DNA of 52,457 bases, from the NCBI GenBank assembly GCA_945877755.1, contig CAMCSP010000001.1, forward strand, positions 1 through 52,457. Direction: 5' to 3'. Positions within the stretch are counted from its first letter, which is position 1. Each line of letters begins with the position of its first letter. Positions 30,151-38,828 of the stretch are shown piece after piece. The notes below the pieces were generated by a model. That model had not been told where the DNA came from. It worked only from the letters and a program-made list of their open reading frames with translations, and searched no databases. This DNA comes from Rickettsia typhi. Its GTDB lineage: Bacteria; Pseudomonadota; Alphaproteobacteria; Rickettsiales; JABSSG01. The position numbers and the translations under genes were made by a program.

Positions 30151-32550
30151 TTAGAAATTTGTTGAGAAAGAAAAGTGTATTAATTGGGTTTTATCAAATT
30201 TTTCCTTTTTTATAGCTTTTGCAAAATCAATTCTCAATGGGCCCATCCTCGTAACCCATAAAAATCCAATACCAGCAGATGCTCTAATAGATTTAGAGTT
30301 GTAATATTGATTTGACGAGTATGAAGAGCCCTTTTTGAGGTCTATATTCCATACGTTACCAAAATCGCTAAAGACTGCACCTGAAACATCAAACTCTTCT
30401 GGTAAGCCTAGAGGGAAGGTAAGTTCTGTGGTTCCCTTGTAGAACATTGTGCCACCTAAAGCATCTTGAGTTGCTTTGTCTCGTGGACCGAGACCACCAT
30501 ATTCAAAACCTCTAAAGCTTGCATCACCGAGGTAAAAATTTTCATCAACTCTAATAGGTTGACCAAGACTATTAATAGCTCCAGCTGAACCAGCTATTTT
30601 TAAAGTTAGTACTTCTTCCATTACCGGATAATAGTAATTTGCTGCAAGAACGTTTTTAATATATTTAGAGTTTCCACCAAGACCGGCAAGACTTTGGTTG
30701 AGTTTTAGTAAATAGCCTTTTGTAGGCATAATTTGATTATCAGTTTGGTCATACGCAAACCCCTGATTTAGTATAGATGCATATTTTGTACCAGATTGAT
30801 CCTTGATATAAAGAGGAGCATTGGCTGGTATACCACTTATTCTGTTTTGCTCAAGGGTATATCCAAAATTATGATATAGATATTCCATAATTTCATAACC
30901 AAAATTCACTAGGCCGCCAGTAGAAGATTTGTTGTAACCTAGAGAGTTTGATGAAGCACCCCAGTTAGATTTATTATTATTTTGAGAACTTGTGAATAGC
31001 TCAAATCCTGCACTTAGATTTTGATTCATGAAGTAAGGCTCAGTAAATCCTACGTTAGCACTAAGGCTAGAGGCTGATTTAGTAATACCAGCAGAAAGCT
31101 CTTGTCCCTTACCAACAAAATTCTTTTCTGTTAATCCAATCATACCAAATATACCGTCAGTAGTAGAGTAACCAACCGATAATTTTAGTGAAGCAGTCGA
31201 TTTTTCTTCAACATCAACATCGATGTCAACGATATCAGGTCGGTCAGTACGTCTGGGCTTTACTGAAACTTTTCCAAAAAAATCTAAATTAGTTATTCTT
31301 TGCTCAGAGCGATTAAGTAAAAACTCATTATAAGGGTCTCCTTCAGCTATTCTGAATTCTCTTCTTACAACCTCATCATAGGTTTTTAAGTTTCCTCTTA
31401 TGTTAATTTTGCCTATATAGACTTTGCGAGCTTGGCCAATAACATATTTGATATTGATAGTTTTATTTGTTTCATCAATGTCATAGACTGGATCAATATT
31501 TACAAATGGATAACCTTGGTTTGCAAGAAGCTTAAGCATCTTTTCCGTTGTGTCTTCAATCAAGGTAGAATTAAAAGTTTTTCCCTCTTGTGTTGAGATT
31601 TTTTCCTCTAGAAGGTCAATATTGACTTGTGGTATTTGGCTTTCTATGCTCATAGAGCCAAATTTATATTTACTTCCTTCTTCTATTGAGAAAGTAATAT
31701 AGAAGACATTTTTTGCCTGGACTATATCTGCAGTAGCAGACGTGATTCTAAAATTAGCATAGCCTTGAGAGTTATAAAATCTGGTTAATAATAACTTGTC
31801 ATGTTCTACTAAGTCAGCATCATAATGGTCTGTGTTTGCGAAAAAATTATAAAACTTATGTTCTTTTGACATTATTACTGATTGCAATTTTGAACTAGAA
31901 AAATGCTTATTACCTACAAATAAAATCCTACTTATTTTTGCTTTTTTTCCTTCTGTAATTTCAAAAACTAAATTTACTCTATTTTGTGGAAGTTCAATTA
32001 TTTGTGGGTTAACAATAACACCAAAACGCCCAGATTTGCTATAGATCTCTACTATACGATTAGTATCACTTTGAACCTTTGCTTTAGACAAAACCATTCT
32101 AGATTTCAAGTATATTTCTGACAGTAATGTTTCAGACTTGATTGCATCATTACCTTCAAAAACTATTTTGCTAATGATTGGGTTTTCTACAACCTTTATT
32201 TTAACAACTTGTCCATGAAGAGAGATGCCCACATCTGAAAACAGTCCTGTGCCATATAAAGCGCGCAGTGATTCTTCAGATTTTTGTTGAGTAAAGTTTC
32301 CACCAACGTGAAATTGAATATATGAAAGAACAGTAGAGTTTTCAGTTCTTTCATTTCCATCAATGACAATACTTTTAATTTTTGTTTCAGTAGATGGTGC
32401 TGATTCTTTGGTTTTAACTTCAGTTGTCTTAGTTGTTTGCTCAGTTGATGGTGAAACAGCTCCTAGAAATGTTTGCTCTTCTTCTGCAAAGCCTAAAGAC
32501 GAGCATAGCACAAATATAATTAGTGAAATCAAGGTTTTTTTTAGCTTCAT
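30151..32550 (-). CDS. bamA: outer membrane protein assembly factor BamA
   Basis: 799 aa. Signal peptide, POTRA-type repeats, and a C-terminal beta-barrel ending in ...HFSFSTNF (terminal aromatic). Confidence 0.9.
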   Translation of the reverse strand: MKLKKTLISLIIFVLCSSLGFAEEEQTFLGAVSPSTEQTTKTTEVKTKESAPSTETKIKSIVIDGNERTENSTVLSYIQFHVGGNFTQQKSEESLRALYGTGLFSDVGISLHGQVVKIKVVENPIISKIVFEGNDAIKSETLLSEIYLKSRMVLSKAKVQSDTNRIVEIYSKSGRFGVIVNPQIIELPQNRVNLVFEITEGKKAKISRILFVGNKHFSSSKLQSVIMSKEHKFYNFFANTDHYDADLVEHDKLLLTRFYNSQGYANFRITSATADIVQAKNVFYITFSIEEGSKYKFGSMSIESQIPQVNIDLLEEKISTQEGKTFNSTLIEDTTEKMLKLLANQGYPFVNIDPVYDIDETNKTINIKYVIGQARKVYIGKINIRGNLKTYDEVVRREFRIAEGDPYNEFLLNRSEQRITNLDFFGKVSVKPRRTDRPDIVDIDVDVEEKSTASLKLSVGYSTTDGIFGMIGLTEKNFVGKGQELSAGITKSASSLSANVGFTEPYFMNQNLSAGFELFTSSQNNNKSNWGASSNSLGYNKSSTGGLVNFGYEIMEYLYHNFGYTLEQNRISGIPANAPLYIKDQSGTKYASILNQGFAYDQTDNQIMPTKGYLLKLNQSLAGLGGNSKYIKNVLAANYYYPVMEEVLTLKIAGSAGAINSLGQPIRVDENFYLGDASFRGFEYGGLGPRDKATQDALGGTMFYKGTTELTFPLGLPEEFDVSGAVFSDFGNVWNIDLKKGSSYSSNQYYNSKSIRASAGIGFLWVTRMGPLRIDFAKAIKKEKFDKTQLIHFSFSTNF

Positions 32551-32559
32551 AATCTTTCT

Positions 32560-33670
32560 TCAAAAAAGTTTAATATTGTTTAGGTCGTTTACTATAGCTA
32601 ATACTGATAGGCTTACTAGTAAAACCACTCCGAATGTCATTGCAATTTTATGTATATGTATAACAATTTTCTTTCCAGCAATAATTTCTATTACATAAAA
32701 CAGTAAATGTCCACCATCTAACATTGGTATGGGCAGTAAATTTATCAATCCAAGATTTATTGATAGTAATGCCATAAGCCACAAAGTATACTCTAAGCCT
32801 TTTTTTTGTTGACTCTCCAGCTATTTTCGCAATTCCTATTGGCCCCTCAATATCTTTATAAGATCTTTGACCTGTAAACATTTGACCGATAGCTTTCAAT
32901 GTTAGTTTGCAGATATTAAAGGTTTCATCAATGGCATATTTACTAGATTCCAAAAGGTTAAGTTTTTTATGCTCAAGGCCGATGCTTTGAATACCTATTT
33001 TGCCAACAACCACCTCACTATTGGAGCTGCTTTTAATAGTGAACGGTTGGGGGATTACAATCAAATCTAAATTCTTATTATTGCGAGAAATTGTCATATT
33101 TAATGGTATATCTGGATGCATAGTCACAATTCTTTCTATTTCAAAGAAACTATCTACTTTTGAATTATCAATAGCAATAATTTGATCTCCTGCTATTAGT
33201 CCTGCTTTTTGTGCGGCACTATCTGGCATTACTTTATTAATTAGGGTTGAAGAGCTCATCATGCCATTTATATATAACATGATTGTTAAAATAATGACGC
33301 TGAAGAGAAAGTTAAAGAGTGGTCCAGCTGCTACTATCGCTGCTTTGATGGGTAATGTTTTGGTGTGAAATGTAAATGCTCTGTCCTTTTGTGGGACTGT
33401 TTCTATATCAGAGCTTGTGCTTGCAGGGTTCATATCACCAAGGAACTTGACATAACCTCCCATCGGTATAGCACATATTTTCCACGTAGTGCCATATTTA
33501 TCTTTCTTAGAAAAAAGGACTTTGCCAAAACCTATCGAAAAATCAGTAGCTCGTACGCCAGAGATTCTTGCAATATAATAATGGCCAAACTCATGGACAA
33601 ATACTATTATTGAGATAATCAAAATAAATGAAAGGGCATAATGTAATATATTCATTATTATGTCTGTCAT
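32560..33670 (-). pseudogene. rseP: RseP-type site-2 zinc metalloprotease, reading frame broken by one extra A in an A8 tract (32800-32807)
   Basis: The N-terminal ORF (33670-32648) has HEFGHYY and a PDZ region, and goes out of frame after ...IAGESTKK. The 74-aa ORF (32784-32560) carries the conserved C-terminal LSINLGLINLLPIPMLDGGHL. Removing one A gives ...STKKGLEYTLWLMALLSINLG... Confidence 0.8.
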
Positions 33671-33740
33671 GATAACATCAGCTCTTTTGAATTATTTTGT
33701 CAGAGATTATATGGATTATAATTGCTAGTCAAAGCAATAG

Positions 33741-34898
33741 TTACAGATTTTTAATTAATTCTTTAGTTCTAACTTGGCATTCTAGATCATATTCAATCAC
33801 TTGCGTTATATCATTAATCTTTAAATTATGGGATTTTTCTAACATTTTTTCGACAATCACTACTATATCCGTGAATTTAATTCGTTGGTTTAGAAAAGAC
33901 TCTACTGCTATTTCATTACTTGCGTTTAGCATGATAGTAGCAGCACTGCCTTCATCCAATGCTTTACGACAGATATTTAGTGCTGGAAATAGTTCATAAT
34001 TTGGCTTCATAAACTCCAATGTCTCCATCTTTGTTACGTCAAGGGGCTTTACAACTATGTTATTGCTGCGGTTAGGCCAGTATAAAGCACAAGTTATTGG
34101 TATGCGCATATCAGTATTGCCTAATTGTGCTAGGCTTGATCCATCTTTATATGCAACTATGCCATGGACAACAGATTGTGGGTGAATCACCACTTCTATT
34201 TTATTTTGTGGGAGATTGAATAAATAATGTGCTTCAATAATTTCCAATCCTTTATTCACCATAGTGGCGCAATCTGTTGAAATTTTTGGTCCCATCTTCC
34301 ATTTTGGATGATTGATTGTTTGCTCAACTGTAACATCTTTCAGTTGATCTTTAGTAAAAGCACGAAATGGCCCACCAGAAGCAGTAAGGATAATTTTTTC
34401 TACACTATCTAAATTTTTTTGCTCTAAAATCTGAAAGATGGCATTATGTTCAGAATCAGTTGGGATAAGACTAACTTTATGCTTATGCGCGGCATCAGTC
34501 ATGATTTTGCCTGCGCATACTAAACTCTCTTTATTTACTAATGCAATGTTTGCACCATTTATAATTGAGATATAAGTAGTTTTTAATCCTGCTGAACCAA
34601 CTATTCCAGCCACCGCTAAATCAGCACCTAAATTACAAGCTTCAACCATTCCTTTTTCACCGGCAGCAACTATAATTTTGGTATGTTGTAGTAATGTTTT
34701 TAGTTTTTGGTAATGAGCTTCTTCTTGTATTACTGCCATTTTCGCGTTAGTTGCTATTGCTTGTTGAGCAAGCAGCTCATAATTATTATTAGCCGAAAGG
34801 GCCAATACTTCAAAATCGCCTGGGGTAGATTTTAAAATAACATCAATTGTGTTAGTTCCAATAGATCCTGTTGAGCCAAATAAAGAAATTTTTTTCAT
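33741..34898 (-). CDS. dxr: 1-deoxy-D-xylulose-5-phosphate reductoisomerase
   Basis: 385 aa. GSTGSIG NADPH motif and LIPTDSEHNAIFQ, SGGPFR and NKGLEIIEA motifs. Confidence 0.9.
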   Translation of the reverse strand: MKKISLFGSTGSIGTNTIDVILKSTPGDFEVLALSANNNYELLAQQAIATNAKMAVIQEEAHYQKLKTLLQHTKIIVAAGEKGMVEACNLGADLAVAGIVGSAGLKTTYISIINGANIALVNKESLVCAGKIMTDAAHKHKVSLIPTDSEHNAIFQILEQKNLDSVEKIILTASGGPFRAFTKDQLKDVTVEQTINHPKWKMGPKISTDCATMVNKGLEIIEAHYLFNLPQNKIEVVIHPQSVVHGIVAYKDGSSLAQLGNTDMRIPITCALYWPNRSNNIVVKPLDVTKMETLEFMKPNYELFPALNICRKALDEGSAATIMLNASNEIAVESFLNQRIKFTDIVVIVEKMLEKSHNLKINDITQVIEYDLECQVRTKELIKNL

Positions 34899-34900
34899 AT

Positions 34901-35614
34901 TTAAAATACATGCCAGTGATCAAAAGCTAATATCAATGCTACTTTGGGTGCGGTAAGTATAATTCCATCTACACGATCTAAAATCCCTCCATGCCCTGGA
35001 ATCATATTGCCGCTATCTTTAATGTCGAAAATCCTTTTGATCCACGATTCAATCATATCTCCAATCTGTGCATATATTGCTAGCAATGTGGTTAGACCAA
35101 TAAGCATTCTTGGATGTTCTGAGGCAAGATAATTTCCAGCAAAATAACCAAATATAGCTGCAGCAAGAACGCCACCAAGTAGACCAGACCAGGTTTTATT
35201 TGGACTAACTCTTGATAATAATTTTGGGCCGCCGATGCTTCTACCACAAATATAGGCAAATATATCAGTAATCCATATGGTTATTATCAGCCAAGTGACA
35301 ATCTTATGACCTTGGTAACGATTTATGATGAAAATCAATGATGCGCATGGAGTAGCTGTATAAAGTATGGCAGTAATTTTCCAGGCTAATTTATATTTAA
35401 TATCTTTAGCTGAGTTTAGCATATCATTCCATTCAAATCCCATCAGAATTGCCATGATAATTACTGTCATATAATATACAAAACCGCCAATTTGTATTAT
35501 CAACAACATTATTGGAGCAAGTATTAAGATGGTCAAACTTCTTACAAAGAAATTTCTATTAAAAAACTTATTTTTATTGTCCATATCTTCTTTCTCTATT
35601 GTTAAATTCTTCAA
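34901..35614 (-). CDS. cdsA: phosphatidate cytidylyltransferase
   Basis: 237 aa polytopic protein. SPNKTWSG and GHGGILDRVD signature. Confidence 0.85.
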   Translation of the reverse strand: MKNLTIEKEDMDNKNKFFNRNFFVRSLTILILAPIMLLIIQIGGFVYYMTVIIMAILMGFEWNDMLNSAKDIKYKLAWKITAILYTATPCASLIFIINRYQGHKIVTWLIITIWITDIFAYICGRSIGGPKLLSRVSPNKTWSGLLGGVLAAAIFGYFAGNYLASEHPRMLIGLTTLLAIYAQIGDMIESWIKRIFDIKDSGNMIPGHGGILDRVDGIILTAPKVALILAFDHWHVF

Positions 35615-36281
35615 TTGCTAGATTCAAATCTTTTTTTGTAAAATCAGGCCATAAAGTTTTAGTGAAATAAAATTCAGTATAAGCCATTTGCCATACTAAA
35701 AAGTTGCTAATCCTAAGTTCTCCGCTAGTACGAATTAATAAATCGGGATCTGGTATGTCTTTGGTGTATAAGTAATCTGAAAAAACTTCTGTAGTAATAT
35801 CATCAATAGTAACTTTCCCATCCTTATAATCCTGGGCTATTTTTTTTGTTGCCTCGACGATTTCTTCTCTACTACTATAACTAAGAGCCAATATCAAATG
35901 CATTGCATCATTATTTTTGGTTAGGTCCATCAGGTTATGAATGTTTTGCTGTAGGTCTTCATCTAATTTTTTTATATTACCGATTATCTCAACTTTAATA
36001 TTATTTTTATGAAGTGAGGATGCTTCATTTTTTAAATAATAACGCATTAATGTCATCAGGTTATCCACTTCTTCTACTGGCCGTTGCCAATTTTCCATAG
36101 AAAAAGTATATAATGTTAAATATTTTACTCCGAGTTTAACGCATGCCTCCATAATCTCTCGAGCAGTTTCTATGCCAGCCTTATGACCAGCTATACGCGA
36201 GAAGTTTCTGGTTTTAGCCCATCTGCCATTACCATCCATTATAACGGCTATATGTGATGGTATCATAATGTCTTGATTCAT
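35574..36281 (-). CDS. uppS: undecaprenyl-diphosphate synthase
   Basis: 235 aa. HIAVIMDGNGRWA, LTLYTFSMENW and RTSGELRISNFLVWQ motifs. Confidence 0.9.
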   Translation of the reverse strand: MNQDIMIPSHIAVIMDGNGRWAKTRNFSRIAGHKAGIETAREIMEACVKLGVKYLTLYTFSMENWQRPVEEVDNLMTLMRYYLKNEASSLHKNNIKVEIIGNIKKLDEDLQQNIHNLMDLTKNNDAMHLILALSYSSREEIVEATKKIAQDYKDGKVTIDDITTEVFSDYLYTKDIPDPDLLIRTSGELRISNFLVWQMAYTEFYFTKTLWPDFTKKDLNLAIEEFNNRERRYGQ

Positions 36282-36317
36282 CTTTTAAATTATTTTTATT
36301 GTCTGAATATAAGTAGA

Positions 36318-36647
36318 TTAAGCATATAGCAAATTTTTTGCAAGTTTTGTAATAATTTTTTCATTAAATTTTTTTCTATAACTACTGTTAATTTTTTTTA
36401 TAACCATCAATCTTTTTTGCTGCTTATACATTTTAAGTATGTTCTTGCGTAAGATATATATGTCATGATTTATTAATAAGCAGATTTCCGCGAAAAGAGG
36501 ATCGCAACCAAATATAAAAGATTTAGCATTTTTTCGTATATTCATATCCTGCGAATATAATAAATCTGCTATATGCTGCATGAAACACGCTCGCCACATT
36601 TTTATTTCTCCTGATGCATCAATTTCATGGGGTTCGTAATATGTCAT
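36318..36647 (-). CDS. hypothetical protein (109 aa)
   Basis: Only long ORF in the interval, 36 nt upstream of uppS on the same strand. Basic C-terminal half. No family recognised. Confidence 0.4.
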   Translation of the reverse strand: MTYYEPHEIDASGEIKMWRACFMQHIADLLYSQDMNIRKNAKSFIFGCDPLFAEICLLINHDIYILRKNILKMYKQQKRLMVIKKINSSYRKKFNEKIITKLAKNLLYA

Positions 36648-36941
36648 TTTTGACCTCTAAATTTAAATTCATAATTGTAAGTTCTAGTTAACATATATAT
36701 GGAATATTAATATTTAGTTAACATGGTGTAAAATTTTTAAAATAATTTATGAGGAGTATTTTTGTTATAATTTCATATAATTCTTAATATAGATGGTAAA
36801 AGGCATTATTATTGGGTCGAAGGATTTGGGTCATATCAAGGATACCAAGCACTGAAAGGAATATCATAATCTGATCTATTAAATACAAAAGATGGAATTC
36901 CAGTTCATGTATTTAATCTTAATGATTATTTAGGGTAAAAG

Positions 36942-37003
36942 ATTAAAAATCAGGTGTTATTGTGTTGTAGATATTGCTGTAGTTTTGTCACTATCATGCT
37001 TAC
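36942..37003. repeat. 62-bp direct-repeat copy A: displaced duplicate of the aroK 3' end
   Basis: ATTAAAAAT + 5 nt + a 48-nt core GTTATTGTGTTGTAGATATTGCTGTAGTTTTGTCACTATCATGCTTAC. The core differs from 38165-38212 at only 4 positions, all transitions. Confidence 0.75.
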
Positions 37004-37067
37004 TGAAGATATTAAATATGCAGGTGTAAATCTAGTTCAAATATATGTTTCCTTACCAAAATCATGT

Positions 37068-38012
37068 CTAGTGATAATTGTAATTGTTAATTAAGGTGTC
37101 TATATCCGTGGACATAACTATATCTGTGAGGTTGCTTAGTAGCAAATCATCTATCTCTATTTTAACTAGCTTATCATCCTTAAATTGAGCAAACTGATAG
37201 TTCTTTTTTGCAAATGATTCCAGATATTTTCTTGGATCGCTTTGAAGTTTTTTTATGAAATAAATGCCCCACTCCTGAATAATTATAGGATTAGAAGATC
37301 GTTCCAGCAATGCACTCATACCTGCGATAGCTCGTGGTTCTGCTCCTTCAATATCCATTAGGATTATATCAAGTTTATTTACAAAATTAAGAATTTTATC
37401 TACTTTCTTCGCAGTTACTATCATGCGGTGTTCGTCACTTTCAATAGCATCATCCCATGCTATATGCGAACTTCCGGTATTAGATTCTCCACTAGTTGTA
37501 GAACTAAATTGTAGTAGCGTATTCTTATCGTAAGCAGCGTAATTATAAACATGGGTGTTTTTAATACCATTTATCATAAGGTTAATTTTTGTAAAATTAT
37601 ACATAAGAGGTTCAGGATCTATCGCATAAACATGGCCTGTTTCACCAACAGCTTTAGAGAAATTTAATACATGGGTTCCTATATGAGCTCCAAGAACTAA
37701 AGCATTGTCTCCATGCTTAGTAAAGATTGAAATTGCTTTAGTAACATGTGGCTCCCAACCGTTAGGTAATGAAGTATATCTGGAAACTACATTGTCACAA
37801 CCATCAACTAGCATAGTAAACCCGGCTTTGTTATGAACAAGTTTAGCTCTATCAGCAAGGGCATTACTATTACAATTATAAGATCTCCAGAAGTAAGTAT
37901 CCAAGTCAGTATATATTTTTGTTAATTTGCTACTTACAATGTAATTAAATTCATTAGACATAATTAGTAGACAGACAAAGGAAGTAATAATAAATGTCGA
38001 AATATACTTCAA
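37068..38012 (-). CDS. FkbM-family SAM-dependent methyltransferase
   Basis: 314 aa. GAHIGTHVLNFSKAVGETGHVYAIDPEP...NYAAYDKN...IILMDIEGAEPRAI matches the FkbM-domain pattern. TTG start at 38012 gives a hydrophobic N-terminus; the alternative ATG at 37961 removes it. Confidence 0.7.
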   Translation of the reverse strand: MKYISTFIITSFVCLLIMSNEFNYIVSSKLTKIYTDLDTYFWRSYNCNSNALADRAKLVHNKAGFTMLVDGCDNVVSRYTSLPNGWEPHVTKAISIFTKHGDNALVLGAHIGTHVLNFSKAVGETGHVYAIDPEPLMYNFTKINLMINGIKNTHVYNYAAYDKNTLLQFSSTTSGESNTGSSHIAWDDAIESDEHRMIVTAKKVDKILNFVNKLDIILMDIEGAEPRAIAGMSALLERSSNPIIIQEWGIYFIKKLQSDPRKYLESFAKKNYQFAQFKDDKLVKIEIDDLLLSNLTDIVMSTDIDTLINNYNYH

Positions 38013-38150
38013 AATTTTACTCTCTAAAATTGCAAATTATTTTGAATAGCATATACGCCTGTAAATTGCTTTTCAACCTAAAACATTTCCATAAACGTTA
38101 TTATTGTAATGTAGGTTGAAATCCAGCACATATAATTTGGCCTTAGTGAA

Positions 38151-38212
38151 ATTAAAAATTATACGTTATTGCGTTGTAGATATCGCTGTAGTTTTGTTAC
38201 TATCGTGCTTAC
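38151..38212. repeat. 62-bp direct-repeat copy B (functional 3' end of aroK plus 8 nt downstream)
   Basis: See copy A. On the minus strand copy B encodes the aroK C-terminus VSTIVTKLQRYLQRNNV*; copy A would encode VSMIVTKLQQYLQHNNT*. Confidence 0.75.
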
Positions 38213-38719
38213 CACATAATAATGAGTTAAGATATCGCTATCAACGGTTACATGAGCATGTGCATATGTTTGGTACCGGTCATTCATCAGTTTTTTTAGT
38301 ATTTCTTCTTTGTCGCCTTGTTCTAATATTGGTCTGGTATTTTTTCTTTGGACTCTTTCTAGTAGAACATTTAAAGGTGCTCTTAGCCAAATAGTAACCC
38401 CTTTACTTAAGACTAATTCTCTAACATCATCATGGAGGAAAGATCCACCTCCAGTTGCAATTACGCTGGCTCCAGAATGTAGCGCAGTATTAATGGCTTC
38501 CATCTCTTTTTCTTTAAAATACTCCTCTGATTGATATTTGAAGATATCAGTAATCGAGCAGCCAACCATCTGGCTCACCATTGAATCGGTGTCAAGAAAT
38601 GGTACTCCTAATTTTTTGGCTAATCTAAATCCAATAGTAGTTTTGCCAGCACCCATCATGCCTACCAGAACTATTGGTTTATTTGCACCAATTTTCTCGT
38701 ATAAATTATTATTGTACAT
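38159..38719 (-). CDS. aroK: shikimate kinase
   Basis: 186 aa. Walker A GMMGAGKTTIG, LDTD and ATGGG motifs. Confidence 0.85.
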   Translation of the reverse strand: MYNNNLYEKIGANKPIVLVGMMGAGKTTIGFRLAKKLGVPFLDTDSMVSQMVGCSITDIFKYQSEEYFKEKEMEAINTALHSGASVIATGGGSFLHDDVRELVLSKGVTIWLRAPLNVLLERVQRKNTRPILEQGDKEEILKKLMNDRYQTYAHAHVTVDSDILTHYYVVSTIVTKLQRYLQRNNV

Positions 38720-38828
38720 TTTTCTGTTGATATTCCTATATAACTAATTACATTACTACGTATGCTTTTTAATTTCTACAATAATATTTAAGCATTTAAC
38801 CTTTATTTAAAAGATTGGTATCAGAAAT

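Noticed and set aside
32560-32784. 74-aa ORF as an independent small membrane protein gene
   Set aside because: It starts at an internal TTG and encodes the conserved C-terminal motif of RseP. It is the out-of-frame continuation of the upstream RseP ORF.
33697-33999. 100-aa plus-strand ORF, and the similar antisense ORFs 2935-3282, 3609-3827, 4173-4364, 16860-17168, 26850-27179, 28959-29246, 32363-32698, 38116-38394, 42133-42450, 44723-44926
   Set aside because: Each is fully embedded antisense, or in an alternative frame, within a confidently identified gene (dxr, acnA, lysA, lpxI, lpxD, bamA, aroK, mutS, rimM).
36055-36070. DnaA-box-like TTATCCACT (and TGTGGATCA near 47415) as a hint of a replication origin
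   Set aside because: These are single imperfect boxes inside coding sequence (uppS and the asmA-like gene). There is no cluster, no AT-rich unwinding element in an intergenic context, and no dnaA, dnaN or hemE neighbours.
36688-36730. 10-bp direct repeat TAGTTAACAT occurring twice in the 36.7 kb spacer
   Set aside because: It is short, AT-rich and unaccompanied by other structure. Chance recurrence is sufficient to explain it.
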